Shown: one piece after another, positions 37,676-48,541 of the stretch
Layout: every line of letters starts with the position of its first letter
Position numbering within the stretch: the stretch's first letter is position 1
Source of the DNA: Candidatus Coatesbacteria bacterium
GTDB taxonomy: Bacteria; RBG-13-66-14; B26-G2; JAUVZD01
DNA: 64,000 nt
Direction of reading: 5' to 3'
Assembly (NCBI GenBank): GCA_030602715.1
Contig: JAUVZD010000007.1
Span: 13,581-77,580, forward strand
Program-made: the position numbers and the translations under genes
The notes under the pieces: generated by a model
Told to the model about the DNA's origin: nothing
What the model saw: the letters and a program-made list of their open reading frames with translations, nothing else
Databases searched by the model: none

Positions 37676-38226
37676 AGAAAGTCATTAAGGCACTTGAAGC
37701 GGCTGGAATCCAGTTTATGCTGACCGGTTCCATCGCTTCCAGCCTGCAGGGTGAACCACGCTCCACCCATGACATAGACATTATCGTTGACATTCAGAAG
37801 TCAGGTGTAAAAAAAATGGTTGAGGTTTTTTCGCCCCCTGATTTTTATTTGGATGAAGAAAGCGTCCTTAAGGCGATTAAGACCAAAACCATGTTCAATC
37901 TCATAGATATGAAGGGGGGGGGCAAAGTTGATTTTTGGATGTTGACCGACGAACCCTTTGACCAATCTCGCTTTTCACGAAGGTATGCAGAGGAATTTTT
38001 GGGGATTAGAATGCAAGTCTCCAGTCCCGAGGACACAATTCTTGCAAAACTGAGATGGGCAAAACTGTCCGGCGGTAGTGAAAAACAATTCGTAGATGCC
38101 CTGCGAGTCTATGAAGTGCAGTTTGAAAAGCTGGACTCCGACTATCTGGAATACTGGGTAAAGGAGCTGAAAATTGAGTCTCTGTGGAATCTTTTAAAGG
38201 ATAATGCGGAAACGACAGCGCTTTAA
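37654..38226 (+). CDS. Nucleotidyltransferase-fold protein (TA-like)
   Basis: GSIASSLQGEPRSTHDIDI, SPEDTILAKLRW. Confidence 0.78.
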   Translation: MSQQELLKKVIKALEAAGIQFMLTGSIASSLQGEPRSTHDIDIIVDIQKSGVKKMVEVFSPPDFYLDEESVLKAIKTKTMFNLIDMKGGGKVDFWMLTDEPFDQSRFSRRYAEEFLGIRMQVSSPEDTILAKLRWAKLSGGSEKQFVDALRVYEVQFEKLDSDYLEYWVKELKIESLWNLLKDNAETTAL

Positions 38227-38277
38227 ACCATCCCTAAAAGAAGACAGCCAAAAGCTAAACGTTCCTCTATCTGAGAG

Positions 38278-39165
38278 GTGGAGATGAACTACTTCATCAT
38301 TATGGCAGTTGCATTGACAGCGGTAACAACAGCCTACGCCCAATCCGAGGAGGGGGTTGTGCAACCCGCACCGGAAGAAAGGAGCGAGATGGAAAAGAAA
38401 GAGGAGTTTCCCCAGATGCACTGGGAGGAGATGCGCTCCCGGATGGAGAGCGACGGTCCCGATGCGGTGGTCGCGTTCATACAGGACTTTTCCGACCCGG
38501 AGGAGCGGTTGAAGCTCTACTCCTTCGCCCAGCAGTCCTTCGGGTACAAGGAATGGAAGGGTAAGAATTTTGACGATTACATCTCTGTGGTGAACGCCGG
38601 AATCGCCGAGGCGCTCAAACAATCTGATGAAGCCGAGGATGCGAAGACCTCCGCCAAGCACAAGGACTTCGCCAATGTCCTCTCCTACAACCTCTCGGCG
38701 GATCTGGCTGAGTGCTGGCCCGGCGACACCGCAATCCGAGAGAAGCGCCACTTTGAAGTGGGGCTAGCCGCCGCCGAGGACTGCATCCGCTGGCGCCAGG
38801 AACTCTCCAAAGGACCCTTCCCCTTCTCCATAGCCCATTGGGCTAAAGGAATGCACCAGATGTCTCTGGGCGACACCGCCGGAGCGGTAGAGAGTTTTCA
38901 GAAGGCGCTTGACTACAGCGTAGAATATGCCGGAGAGCAAAATGTCCCCGAAACGATAACTCCCGAGGGCGACTTCGTGGTCATCTTGAACAGCGGATAC
39001 CTGGGCATAGCCCAGTGGCTTGAAGGCAGTAAGGCGGGAAAAGCCCGCTACGAGGAAGCCTGCTCCGCCTTCCAGGGACAGATAGACAACTACCAGGACA
39101 AGAAGGACGACGCCCGGTTCGGTTTGGAGCAATTGCAGTATGTCAAGGATAAGTTCATCAAGTAA
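38278..39165 (+). CDS. Hypothetical secreted helical/TPR-like protein
   Basis: Signal peptide; SYNLSADLAECWPGD; helical repeats. Confidence 0.65.
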   Translation: MEMNYFIIMAVALTAVTTAYAQSEEGVVQPAPEERSEMEKKEEFPQMHWEEMRSRMESDGPDAVVAFIQDFSDPEERLKLYSFAQQSFGYKEWKGKNFDDYISVVNAGIAEALKQSDEAEDAKTSAKHKDFANVLSYNLSADLAECWPGDTAIREKRHFEVGLAAAEDCIRWRQELSKGPFPFSIAHWAKGMHQMSLGDTAGAVESFQKALDYSVEYAGEQNVPETITPEGDFVVILNSGYLGIAQWLEGSKAGKARYEEACSAFQGQIDNYQDKKDDARFGLEQLQYVKDKFIK

Positions 39166-39191
39166 GGACTGACAAAAGTAAAATACAAGAA

Positions 39192-39218
39192 CAAGACCGC
39201 CCTAAAGGGGCGGTCTTG
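39192..39218. terminator. Hairpin between convergent genes
   Basis: CAAGACCGCCC-TAAAG-GGGCGGTCTTG. Confidence 0.7.
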
Positions 39219-39253
39219 GCGTTGAGCAAAAAGTCTCAGCTTGAAAAAGATAG

Positions 39254-41380
39254 CTACAGCGACAACTGATAGGACATCTTCACCTGCGCCAGGCGCTCGG
39301 TCAACTCAAAATCACCGGTGGAGTTGTCCCGCATCTCGTTGTAGGCGAAGTAGATGGTGCTTCCCGGAAGATAGGTGTAGCCTACCAAGCCCGCAAAACG
39401 ATATTGTTTTCCGCTGTCCCGGTCCACAATGAAGCGCCACAGCAAATCCGGGGTGATGCCATGCTCCAGATTCAGCCGCACCACCCACAACCAATCCTCA
39501 TCCTGGGGCTTTACCCAATTCATCTGGGAGTAAACGGTAAAAGAAGAGAAGGGATAAACCGATGTCTCCGAATATATATTCCAATACCTTTCGTAACCGT
39601 AACCCTCTCCACCGCCGAAATGCAACACTACATTCCCCCAGGACATATTGCGGGTTCCACCCTGCAGAGCAAGATAGCGGACATCGTATTCAATTCCGTA
39701 AATGTCCAGATAATCGCCCAAGTAGCCATACTCATAATTAATTCCAGCGAATGTGCGATTGGTAAATCTAAAATTGGCATTTCCGCCGAAATAACGCGTT
39801 CTACGCTCCCCCTGCAGAGAGTTACCCACATCCCACCAATTCTCAAGTTGCAGATAGCGAATTACCGACTTATTAACCGCCCAGGTATAGTTCAAGTAGC
39901 CGTTAATTGAGTGCTTGTTCTTCCAACCTTCCTGGATGAAGCCCAGGTCGGAATCAAAGTAGGTCTGAGTGCGATAATAGCCAAAATCCAGATAAAGATT
40001 ATGACCATTATAGGTCGCTCCCACCGCTGTGGACCACTCTCCTTCACCCGGCATCAAAGTCTCTGGCAATGGATAGCTCTTTGAACGGGCTACCTGAGAG
40101 TACAAAGACAGATTTTCAACCACATTCCAGCGACCGTCTATCGCTCCCACCCGATTGTAACTATCATCATCCCCTCCCCCCTGGCGGTTGAGGAACTCAA
40201 AACCGATAAATCCTTTCCCCCACAGGTCCTGCTCGTAACGGGAGGCGAAGAAGTTGCTCTCTGGGAAGTTGGGGTCACTGTCCTGCAGTTGCATATCCAT
40301 CACCGCCACCCGGGAACGCTTACCGACGGTAGCCACCATCTTCCCCCCCACCAGAATGTCGGTCAATCGGCGGGTATATACGAGGTATAATGGTGTGTTG
40401 AAGTTCTCCAGCATCTCCTGGAAGAACGGTCTCTTCTCGCTAAATTCAAGCTCCTCCGGGGAGAGGTTTATCTGCTCCGGATCGGATTCTATCTGGGCAT
40501 AGTCTGGGTTCAGGGTGGCGTTTACCGTCATCCAGGTGCCGATACGCACTTCGGCATCCAGCCCGGCGGTGCCGTCAAATTCATGCCCGATCAGCTCGCC
40601 GGTATCGGGGTCTATAGTGTTTTCAGCCCGCACCAAGCCGAAGGGGATGATGTCCAGCGGGGAGGCTTTGGGCAGGTTGGTCATCCCCGAAAGGTCACCG
40701 CACTGGGAGACCCGGTTGACGTTGGAACCATCTCCAGCCCAATAGGTCAGCTCGCTGGTCTCCTGGGCTTCGCGCATAATTTGCAAACCCCAGACGTCGT
40801 TATCGCCGTAACGGAGGATGCGGAAGGGGATAGCCATCTCCACCACATAGCGGTCCTCGTAAATCTCCACCCCCGACTCCCACACCCCATCCCAGGAGTT
40901 ATCGCTATAGTCGCCGTCCTGAGATAGGATGCCGTCAAACTGGGTATTGAGGGCATTGACCATCAGGTCATAACTTGTGCGGTTATCGTTGAAGGTGTCC
41001 AGAAAGACATCTATACAGTCATCGTAATTTAGCATAGCATCACGCTGGGTTACCGTCTTGACCAGCTTATCCCGGTCGCCATAGCAGATTATGGCTATGT
41101 AGAGATTCTCCTCGTCCTTAGCAAACATAGCCTCCGTGGGCAGTATGGGAGGCTGGTCTTTATATGGTCTAGACTGACGAAACTCGCTTATCACCTCAAC
41201 CTGCGACCAGAAGGGTTCATCAAGCACCCCGTCAATGGTCACCTCTTCATTGATGTCGGTTATCACATAGGAGGGGAAAAGCTCCATCTCCCCGCCATCG
41301 TCTGCTGAGATAACCTGCCCGCAAATTCCCAGGGACAAGCCAGAGAAAACTAGAACCCAAATTGCGCATTTAAACCGCAA
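39254..41380 (-). CDS. CBM9-like + DUF5916-type outer-membrane protein
   Basis: IDGVLDEPFW, LDTFND, EMAIPF, TLNPDYAQIESD, EKRPFFQE, beta-barrel C-terminus. Confidence 0.8.
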   Translation of the reverse strand: MRFKCAIWVLVFSGLSLGICGQVISADDGGEMELFPSYVITDINEEVTIDGVLDEPFWSQVEVISEFRQSRPYKDQPPILPTEAMFAKDEENLYIAIICYGDRDKLVKTVTQRDAMLNYDDCIDVFLDTFNDNRTSYDLMVNALNTQFDGILSQDGDYSDNSWDGVWESGVEIYEDRYVVEMAIPFRILRYGDNDVWGLQIMREAQETSELTYWAGDGSNVNRVSQCGDLSGMTNLPKASPLDIIPFGLVRAENTIDPDTGELIGHEFDGTAGLDAEVRIGTWMTVNATLNPDYAQIESDPEQINLSPEELEFSEKRPFFQEMLENFNTPLYLVYTRRLTDILVGGKMVATVGKRSRVAVMDMQLQDSDPNFPESNFFASRYEQDLWGKGFIGFEFLNRQGGGDDDSYNRVGAIDGRWNVVENLSLYSQVARSKSYPLPETLMPGEGEWSTAVGATYNGHNLYLDFGYYRTQTYFDSDLGFIQEGWKNKHSINGYLNYTWAVNKSVIRYLQLENWWDVGNSLQGERRTRYFGGNANFRFTNRTFAGINYEYGYLGDYLDIYGIEYDVRYLALQGGTRNMSWGNVVLHFGGGEGYGYERYWNIYSETSVYPFSSFTVYSQMNWVKPQDEDWLWVVRLNLEHGITPDLLWRFIVDRDSGKQYRFAGLVGYTYLPGSTIYFAYNEMRDNSTGDFELTERLAQVKMSYQLSL

Positions 41381-41683
41381 AGCTGTTTACCCCCCTTCGC
41401 TTCGGTGAAAGAATTTGAACAACTCTACTTATACACACCATAAAATCCAGATTTATAAATGGATATGTTTACCCATCGTTCAGACATCATATAGGACGGC
41501 GGGAGGAAAACGAAAGTTTCAACATACTGATAGAAATATCTTCCTAAAAAGAAAAATAGGGAAGCATACGCTTCTACTATTTGTTCGTAAATAAAGGGAA
41601 AAGCGACAGTAGTTTCTCCTGTATTATCAGACGGAGAAAGCAATACGCTTCCTCCGTCAATCCATCAAAATCTCCCCAAATTA

Positions 41684-41893
41684 TCAGTTTTTAGACGTCT
41701 CGTGAAAATCGGTCAGTTCAAGCAAAGCATGAGTGGTGGACTTTCCCACCTCCGTTTCGGCAGCCTCCTCTGAGGAACGCTTTCCCTTCTCCTTGTAGAT
41801 ATTTCTAGCCCGCACCGCAACGGCTATAACCAGTTCATAAATGTTTCCGTAAGGTTCAGCGAGCTTTTCTATGGAAATATCGTACATCTCCAC
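41684..41893 (-). CDS. rpoZ: RNA polymerase omega subunit
   Basis: NIYELVIAVAVRAR, KSTTHALLEL. Confidence 0.75.
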   Translation of the reverse strand: MEMYDISIEKLAEPYGNIYELVIAVAVRARNIYKEKGKRSSEEAAETEVGKSTTHALLELTDFHETSKN

Positions 41894-41927
41894 CCTCTTG
41901 AAATGAAATCCACCTTTTCCCTACCTT

Positions 41928-43523
41928 CTATTCAGTAAGCGCCTCATCTACCGCATCCTCCACCTCATCGGAAAGTGGAGCTTCCGAGCCCATATTCTCC
42001 AACATCCACCGGGTATCATCCACGAAATCGCTATCCGGATACTCTTTGAGCAACTTCTTAAAGGCTTCTTCCGCATCCTCAAAGCGGGAAAGCTCCTCGG
42101 CGTTCAGGAAACCTATGAGAAATTGGGCTTTATCCGCCTGCTCATCGTTGGGGTATAGGGCTACCACCGCCTTGTAGGCATTGATTGCCTGGACGGGATT
42201 GGAGGCGTTCTTTGCCACCTCCATAATCTCCTTGGCGGACATGGTGCGGTATTCACCCAGCTCCATATAGTTGACCACATCGTATTTATCCATCAAGTCG
42301 GCGAAAGCGCGGTCTCCAGCCTCAGTCCTGTATTGACTATACAGGATATCGGATATGGAATCATACACCTCATCCAAGCTCTTGAAGCCTGAGGGCTTAT
42401 AGTCTTTGATGTAGAAGATGTGCCAACCCTTCTCGCCCTTCACTGGACCAACATAATCACCAACATCTCCAGCCCAAATAAGAGCCTCCGCCTCCTCACT
42501 TCTACCCAGTGCGGAGACCATTCCCCCCTTCTTAAGCCAGTTGAAATAACCACCCCGCCCTTTAGCGCTGTCCTCTATCTCGCTCTCCTCTGCCACCTGG
42601 GAGAAGTTTTTCTTCTCGGCGCGTAACTCCTCCAAAGCGCTCTGCGCCGTCCCCTTATCACTGAAGTAACAGGAGGCTACCTCATACATCTCCGTCTGCT
42701 TGTATCTATCTATGTTCTGGTCGTAGTAGCTGGCTATATCCTCATCGGACACAGCCAGAGCGCGGGCAACTTCTGCACGCACCTCCTCAAAGGGTAACTG
42801 TCCTTCGGGAATCCTCTCATCCACCATAATTATGACAAAACCGTAGTCGGTGAGTATGGGGTTGCTTATCCCCCCCACCTCCATCTCAAAAGCCTTCTTC
42901 TGGATATCCTTATCCCTAGCCACACCCACAGCTCCGACGCCGTCTATGTCAAATTCAGGCAGTAAGCCTGCCAGGCTTCTGGAGGAGACATCCTCAGACT
43001 CGTTATTGGCGATAACCTCAAACTTCTCCCCCTTCATCAATCGCTCATATATCGCCCGGGCATCGGCTTCCTCCTTCTTCACGATACAACGTATCTTCAC
43101 CTTCTCGGGAGCCACATAATCATCCTTGTGCCCTTCGTAGTAGTCCTTCAGTTGGGCTTCAGGTATCCACAGGTTTTCGTTGATGTATCTATTGAAATAC
43201 TCCCCGACCAGAACCCGTAGGGCGGCATATTCCATGCGCATTTTCACCAGAGGGTCATCCTGTAGCCCCACTTCCTTTGCCGCCAACTCCAGTATCTTCT
43301 GATTGATCAAGCCTTCCAGTAGAATCTTCTTGCCCTCTTCGGTCTTAAATCTCTCCTGCTGGTCCGGGGGGAAGGTGAGGATAAATTCCTCCAGGTCGCT
43401 TTCTGTGATAACCTGTCCACCGATGCGAGCCAGCACCTCATCACCCTCTTCTCCCTCCTGACAGCCTAAAGGGAGAATGAACAGAAAAGAGAGCAGAAAA
43501 GAAATCGTTAAAACCCTGCGCAT
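41928..43523 (-). CDS. Parvulin-type peptidyl-prolyl isomerase lipoprotein with C-terminal TPR/BamD-like region
   Basis: Lipobox PLGC; two rotamase-like domains; KAQFLIGF, YPDSDFVDD. Confidence 0.8.
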   Translation of the reverse strand: MRRVLTISFLLSFLFILPLGCQEGEEGDEVLARIGGQVITESDLEEFILTFPPDQQERFKTEEGKKILLEGLINQKILELAAKEVGLQDDPLVKMRMEYAALRVLVGEYFNRYINENLWIPEAQLKDYYEGHKDDYVAPEKVKIRCIVKKEEADARAIYERLMKGEKFEVIANNESEDVSSRSLAGLLPEFDIDGVGAVGVARDKDIQKKAFEMEVGGISNPILTDYGFVIIMVDERIPEGQLPFEEVRAEVARALAVSDEDIASYYDQNIDRYKQTEMYEVASCYFSDKGTAQSALEELRAEKKNFSQVAEESEIEDSAKGRGGYFNWLKKGGMVSALGRSEEAEALIWAGDVGDYVGPVKGEKGWHIFYIKDYKPSGFKSLDEVYDSISDILYSQYRTEAGDRAFADLMDKYDVVNYMELGEYRTMSAKEIMEVAKNASNPVQAINAYKAVVALYPNDEQADKAQFLIGFLNAEELSRFEDAEEAFKKLLKEYPDSDFVDDTRWMLENMGSEAPLSDEVEDAVDEALTE

Positions 43524-43535
43524 GAGACCTCCAGT

Positions 43536-43820
43536 TTATTTGTCCTCACTATTTTTCTTGGGATGCGATCTATCTGGGGACGAACCAGTATCGTCGGTAA
43601 CAGACCCTTTCTCCTCTTTTTCGCGCCTTTTGTAGTCCTCACTACGGTTTTCGGTGATATAGAAACCAGAGCCTTTGAATATCAACCCGGCGCCGGCGCT
43701 GATCACCTTCTGGGCACGCCCGCCACAGCGGGGGCACTTCTCATAGCTCCCCGAGTTGATGGATTTGAAGCGCTCAAAGATATGACCACATTCAGGACAT
43801 TTGAAGTCGTAGCTGGGCAT
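43536..43820 (-). CDS. FmdB-family zinc-ribbon protein
   Basis: MPSYDFKCPECGH..CPRCGG..GLIFKGSGFY. Confidence 0.9.
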   Translation of the reverse strand: MPSYDFKCPECGHIFERFKSINSGSYEKCPRCGGRAQKVISAGAGLIFKGSGFYITENRSEDYKRREKEEKGSVTDDTGSSPDRSHPKKNSEDK

Positions 43821-43928
43821 GACGTTTTAAGCTCCCATTCTAAGACAAAATTGTGATAAGTCAAGGCTCATAAAGCGATTTGGTGCCCCACCCACCTCAT
43901 CGGGGGCTTTTAGTAGAAAAAGAGCCAA

Positions 43929-43958
43929 GCGGCAGGGGGTGGTATTACCCCCCGCCGC
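43929..43958 (-). terminator. Hairpin downstream of groEL
   Basis: GCGGCAGGGGGT..ACCCCCCGCCGC. Confidence 0.55.
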
Positions 43959-43984
43959 AGATTATCTAAATTAAGGCGCCCCGC

Positions 43985-45613
43985 CTAATACATGTCCCCG
44001 TATCCGCCCCCGCCCGGGGGCATGGGAGGACCCTTCTCCTCCTCGGGAATGTCGGATATCAAGCACTCCGTCATCAGCAGGAGCGCAGAGATAGAGGCGG
44101 CATTCTGCAGAGCAAAGCGAGTTACCTTGACCGGATCAACGATGCCGGCTTCAAACATATCCACAAATTCATCTTTCTCGGCGTCGTAACCGACATTACC
44201 CTTCTTGTCCATCACCTGACGGGCTATGACTGAACCCTCGGCGCCGGAGTTTAAAGCTATCTGCTTGAGTGGCTCTACAAGCGAACGAATGACAATATCC
44301 ACGCCGATCGCTTCATCCCCCTTCAATTTCAGCTTCTTCAGCTCAGGGATGGAACGAATGAAGGTAACCCCTCCGCCAGCCACTATACCCTCCTCCACCG
44401 CCGCCCTTGTAGCGTGCAGGGCATCCTCCACCCGAGCCTTCTTCTCCTTCATCTCCGTCTCGGTTGCCGCACCGACATGGATGACCGCCACCCCGCCGGC
44501 CAGCTTAGCCAACCGCTCTTGCAGTTTCTCCTTATCGTAGTCGGAGGTGGAGGTTTCTATCTGGTTGCGAATCTGAGCAATACGCCCCTTAATGTCATCT
44601 GCAGAACCTGCTCCCTCTATGATTACCGTCTCATCCTTATCTATGGCAACCCGTTTGGCGGTGCCCAGGTCATCAATGGTGATGTTCTCCAGCTTTATGC
44701 CCAGGTCCTCGGTGATGGCTCTACCGCCGGTCAAGGTGGCAATATCCTCAAGCATCGCCTTACGCCGATCCCCGAAGCCGGGGGCTTTGACCGCGGCACA
44801 CTTCAAAACTCCGCGTATCTTGTTGACCACCAGGGTAGCTAGGGCTTCGCCATCCACATCCTCGGCGATGATGAGCAGTGGCTTACCGGACTGAGCGATG
44901 CGCTCCAGAACCGGCAGGAGTTCCTTCATCACCGAGATTTTCTTCTCGTGGATGAGGATGTAGGGGTCCTCCAGTTCCACCTTCATATTTTCCGCATCGG
45001 TCACGAAATAGGGGGAGAGGTACCCTCGGTCAAACTGCATCCCCTCCACCCAGTCCAGCTTGGTATCCATACCCTTGGCTTCCTCAACGGTGATGACCCC
45101 GTCCTTGCCCACTCGCTCCATAGCATCGGCGATCATCTCACCGATTGTAGGGTCATTGTTGGCGGAGATGGTCCCCACCTGAGCAATCTCACTGCGGTCA
45201 TCAACTGACTTGGACATGGAATGTATCTTCTTCACCACCACATCCACCGCCTTCTCAATGCCCCGCTTGAGAGCCATAGGATTGGCTCCGGCGGTAACAT
45301 TCTTCAAGCCTTCCTTGAATATTGCCTCCGCCAAAATGGTGGCGGTGGTGGTGCCGTCACCGGCTACATCGCTGGTCTTGGAAGCCACTTCCTTGACCAT
45401 CTGTGCCCCCATGTTCTCAAAGGGGTCCTCAAACTCTATATCCTTGGCTACGGTAACCCCGTCTTTGGTGATAGTGGGGGAGCCGAACTTACGGTCCAGG
45501 ACCACATTGCGTCCTCTGGGACCCAGGGTGATCCTCACCGCTTTGGAGAGTTTTTCCACACCAATACGCAACTTGGTGCGAGTTTCTTCATCAAAGGTCA
45601 ATTGCTTAGCCAT
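43985..45613 (-). CDS. groL: Chaperonin GroEL
   Basis: [27 protein letters not shown], Gly-Met tail. Confidence 0.99.
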   Translation of the reverse strand: MAKQLTFDEETRTKLRIGVEKLSKAVRITLGPRGRNVVLDRKFGSPTITKDGVTVAKDIEFEDPFENMGAQMVKEVASKTSDVAGDGTTTATILAEAIFKEGLKNVTAGANPMALKRGIEKAVDVVVKKIHSMSKSVDDRSEIAQVGTISANNDPTIGEMIADAMERVGKDGVITVEEAKGMDTKLDWVEGMQFDRGYLSPYFVTDAENMKVELEDPYILIHEKKISVMKELLPVLERIAQSGKPLLIIAEDVDGEALATLVVNKIRGVLKCAAVKAPGFGDRRKAMLEDIATLTGGRAITEDLGIKLENITIDDLGTAKRVAIDKDETVIIEGAGSADDIKGRIAQIRNQIETSTSDYDKEKLQERLAKLAGGVAVIHVGAATETEMKEKKARVEDALHATRAAVEEGIVAGGGVTFIRSIPELKKLKLKGDEAIGVDIVIRSLVEPLKQIALNSGAEGSVIARQVMDKKGNVGYDAEKDEFVDMFEAGIVDPVKVTRFALQNAASISALLLMTECLISDIPEEEKGPPMPPGGGGYGDMY

Positions 45614-45640
45614 AATCTATCTTTCCTCCTAGAAGGTTAG

Positions 45641-45928
45641 CTATTCAATAATTCCCAGGATATCGTCTTCACGCATAATCAGGTAATCCTCATCCCCAAT
45701 TTTGACATCACTGCCGGCATATTTTCCGAAAAGCACCTTATCGCCCTTCTTCACATTCATGGGGACAATCTCGCCTTTGTCATTGCGAGCACCGGGACCG
45801 ACGGCTATGACTTCACCGCGCTGGGGTTTCTCCTTGGCGGTATCGGGGACAATGATACCCCCCTTAACCACTTCTTCCTCCTCCAGTCGCCTGACCAGAA
45901 CCCTATCTCCCAACGGCTTGATGTTCAT
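45641..45928 (-). CDS. groS: Co-chaperonin GroES
   Basis: [28 protein letters not shown]. Confidence 0.99.
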   Translation of the reverse strand: MNIKPLGDRVLVRRLEEEEVVKGGIIVPDTAKEKPQRGEVIAVGPGARNDKGEIVPMNVKKGDKVLFGKYAGSDVKIGDEDYLIMREDDILGIIE

Positions 45929-45982
45929 ACTCCTACTCCTTTCCAGGAAAATTTATTTATGTGATTTTTTATCCAATCAAGG

Positions 45983-45998
45983 GCAAAATTTGTGCCAA
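45983..45998 (-). promoter_or_regulatory. sigma54 (-24/-12) promoter upstream of groES
   Basis: Minus strand TTGGCAC-AAATT-TTGC, correct GG-N10-GC spacing. Confidence 0.65.
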
Positions 45999-46066
45999 TT
46001 GCATAATTGGCTCAAGTAAAAGCCTTATGTCTCATTCTCTCCGCAAATGTATCAAGCATTGAGAAA

Positions 46067-48541
46067 TTATGACGCCACCCTCTCTTCCCGCTCCCGCCGG
46101 GCTTTCTTCTTCCTTCCATCATCCGACACTCTGGCGGGGAGCAATACCTCCTTGAAGACCTCATCCACATTCTCCACAAAGACGAACTCCAGGCGCCCCT
46201 TTATCTCATCAGAGATCTCCTCCACGGAACTGACATTCTCCTTGGGCAGGATGACCTTCTTGATGCCGGCAGCAACTGCCGCCAGACACTTTTCCCGCAC
46301 CCCACCGATGGGCAAAACCCGCCCGATTAAGGTTATCTCCCCGGTCATAGCAAGATCACAACGCACCGGGCGCTCGGTCAGCAAACTGATCAAAGCAGTA
46401 GCCATGGTGATACCCGCAGAGGGACCGTCCTTGGGCACCGCCCCGGCGGGGACATGGATGTGGATATCCATCTTGGAGAAAAACTCCTCATCTATATCGT
46501 AGCTCCCGGCGTTGGAACGGAGATAGGAGAGGGCGGCAACCGCCGACTCCTTCATCACATCGCCCAACTGTCCGGTCAGGGTCAGCTCCCCTTTCCCCCG
46601 CATCATAGTCGCCTCCACAAAAGTGATGGTGCCCCCGAACTCGGTATAAGCCAACCCGGTTGCCATTCCCACCATAGGGCACTTCCCCCGCACCTCGTCG
46701 TAGTATCTTCGGGGACCGAGAAACTCGTCCAGGTCGTCGCTGGTTACCTTTTTCTTATAACCCTTATCCTTGATAACATCTATCGCCACCTTACGGCATA
46801 TGCGGGCTATCAACCGCTCCAGGTTGCGTAGACCCGCCTCCCGGGTGTAGTTATTGATTATAACTTTAAGCACCGGCGTAGCGATAGACAGGTTGGCTTT
46901 GCTCAAACCGTGTTCTTCAAGCTGTTTGGGAATGAGAAATTTCTTGGCGATTCCTACCTTCTCATCCAGGGTATATCCCACCAGGCGCAGGGTCTCCATA
47001 CGGTCCCGCAGGGGGGGAGGAACGGTGTCCAAGATATTGCCAGTGGTGATAAACATCACCTTGGACAGGTCAAAAGGTAAATCCAGATAATTATCCCTGA
47101 AGGAGAAGTTCTGTTCCGGATCCAACACCTCCAGAAGCGCTGAGGAGGGGTCGCCACGAAAATCCTTTCCCACCTTGTCAATTTCGTCTAGCATGAAGAC
47201 CGGGTTGTTGGTCCCCGCCTCTCGCAAACCCTGGATAATGCGACCGGGCAGAGCCCCCACATAGGTGCGGCGGTGCCCTCTTATCTCCGCCTCATCGTGG
47301 ATGCCCCCCAGGGACATGCGCACAAATTTGCGACCCAAAGCCCGGGCGATGGAGCGCCCCAGAGAGGTCTTACCGGTTCCCGGAGGACCGACAAAGCAGA
47401 GGATGGGACCTCTCATGTCCTCCTTCAGCTTGCGCACCGCAAGATATTCCAGAATGCGCTCCTTCACCTCCTCCAGGCCATAATGGTCCTCGTCCAATAT
47501 TCTGCCAGCCTGGTCTATATCCAGCTCGTCCACGGAACCTTCCTGCCACGGCAGAATAAGAATCCAGTCTATATAGGTGCGAGCGACGGAGTATTCGGCA
47601 CTGGCTGGATTGATGTGGGATAACCGTTCCAGCTCCTCCTCGGCACGGGCTCGCACCTCATCGGGAAGGTTTTTTTGGACAATCTTCTCCCTCAGGTCCT
47701 CTATCTCCGCAGCGGCAGAATCCTCCTCACCCAGTTCCTTCTTGATGGCTTTCAGCTGCTGGCGGAGGAAATACTGCTTCTGGGCATCGTCCATCTGGGA
47801 GCGGGCTTCGGACTGTATCTTGGAGCCCAAACGGAGGAGTTCCACCTCCCGCCCCAGAAGGATATTGACCCGCTCCAGCCTCTTCTCCACATCGGCGATC
47901 TCCAGGATATTCTGGCGGTCATTCTGGTCAATATTTATGTTGGAAGCGACGAAGTCGGACAGCTTACCGGGGTCATCTATATTCATTGCGGTGATGTAAG
48001 CCTCCTCCGGCAGGTAAGGGGCAAACTCCACCATCTCCTGGAAAGAGGACAGGATGGACCGCTTCATAGCTTCCATGTGGACGCTTGGCGTAAATACATC
48101 AGATATCTTCTCCACCTTTGCCTTGAAATAGGGTTTTCGCTGGGTGAAGGATTTCGACCTACAACGGGCTAACCCCTGCACCAGGATGCGCAAGTTCCCG
48201 TCTCCCACCTTGAGCATCTTCAGCACCAGACCAGCCGAGCCGATGTTGTTAATATCCTTCTCTTTGGGTTTCTCTACGGAGGCATCCTTCTGGGCGAAAA
48301 GACCGATTATGCGGTTTCCCAGCACCACCTCATTGATCAGCTCTACACTTGAGGGTCGGGCGATTATCAGAGGAATTATCATAAAAGGAAACACCACGAT
48401 TTCCCTAAGGGGAAGTATGGGCAACTCCTCCGGTATCTCCAGGTCGGCTACCCGTCCCAGAACATCATCCTTCTCCGGCTTTTCTTCCTCTTTGCTCTTG
48501 TGGTCTTTCTCTTTCTCGTCCAAAGCAAAAACTCCTATCAA
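46067..48541 (-). CDS. lon: ATP-dependent Lon protease
   Basis: GPPGTGKT, RGHRRTYVGALPG, KDGPSAG; start may be TTG at 48523. Confidence 0.97.
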   Translation of the reverse strand: MIGVFALDEKEKDHKSKEEEKPEKDDVLGRVADLEIPEELPILPLREIVVFPFMIIPLIIARPSSVELINEVVLGNRIIGLFAQKDASVEKPKEKDINNIGSAGLVLKMLKVGDGNLRILVQGLARCRSKSFTQRKPYFKAKVEKISDVFTPSVHMEAMKRSILSSFQEMVEFAPYLPEEAYITAMNIDDPGKLSDFVASNINIDQNDRQNILEIADVEKRLERVNILLGREVELLRLGSKIQSEARSQMDDAQKQYFLRQQLKAIKKELGEEDSAAAEIEDLREKIVQKNLPDEVRARAEEELERLSHINPASAEYSVARTYIDWILILPWQEGSVDELDIDQAGRILDEDHYGLEEVKERILEYLAVRKLKEDMRGPILCFVGPPGTGKTSLGRSIARALGRKFVRMSLGGIHDEAEIRGHRRTYVGALPGRIIQGLREAGTNNPVFMLDEIDKVGKDFRGDPSSALLEVLDPEQNFSFRDNYLDLPFDLSKVMFITTGNILDTVPPPLRDRMETLRLVGYTLDEKVGIAKKFLIPKQLEEHGLSKANLSIATPVLKVIINNYTREAGLRNLERLIARICRKVAIDVIKDKGYKKKVTSDDLDEFLGPRRYYDEVRGKCPMVGMATGLAYTEFGGTITFVEATMMRGKGELTLTGQLGDVMKESAVAALSYLRSNAGSYDIDEEFFSKMDIHIHVPAGAVPKDGPSAGITMATALISLLTERPVRCDLAMTGEITLIGRVLPIGGVREKCLAAVAAGIKKVILPKENVSSVEEISDEIKGRLEFVFVENVDEVFKEVLLPARVSDDGRKKKARREREERVAS

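Noticed and set aside
41425-41643. 72-aa ORF in the intergenic region after rpoZ
   Set aside because: No RBS or recognisable motif; it overlaps a terminator-like hairpin.
45929-46066. CIRCE or HAIR operator at groES
   Set aside because: No TTAGCACTC-N9-GAGTGCTAA; only a half HAIR-like CTTGAG.
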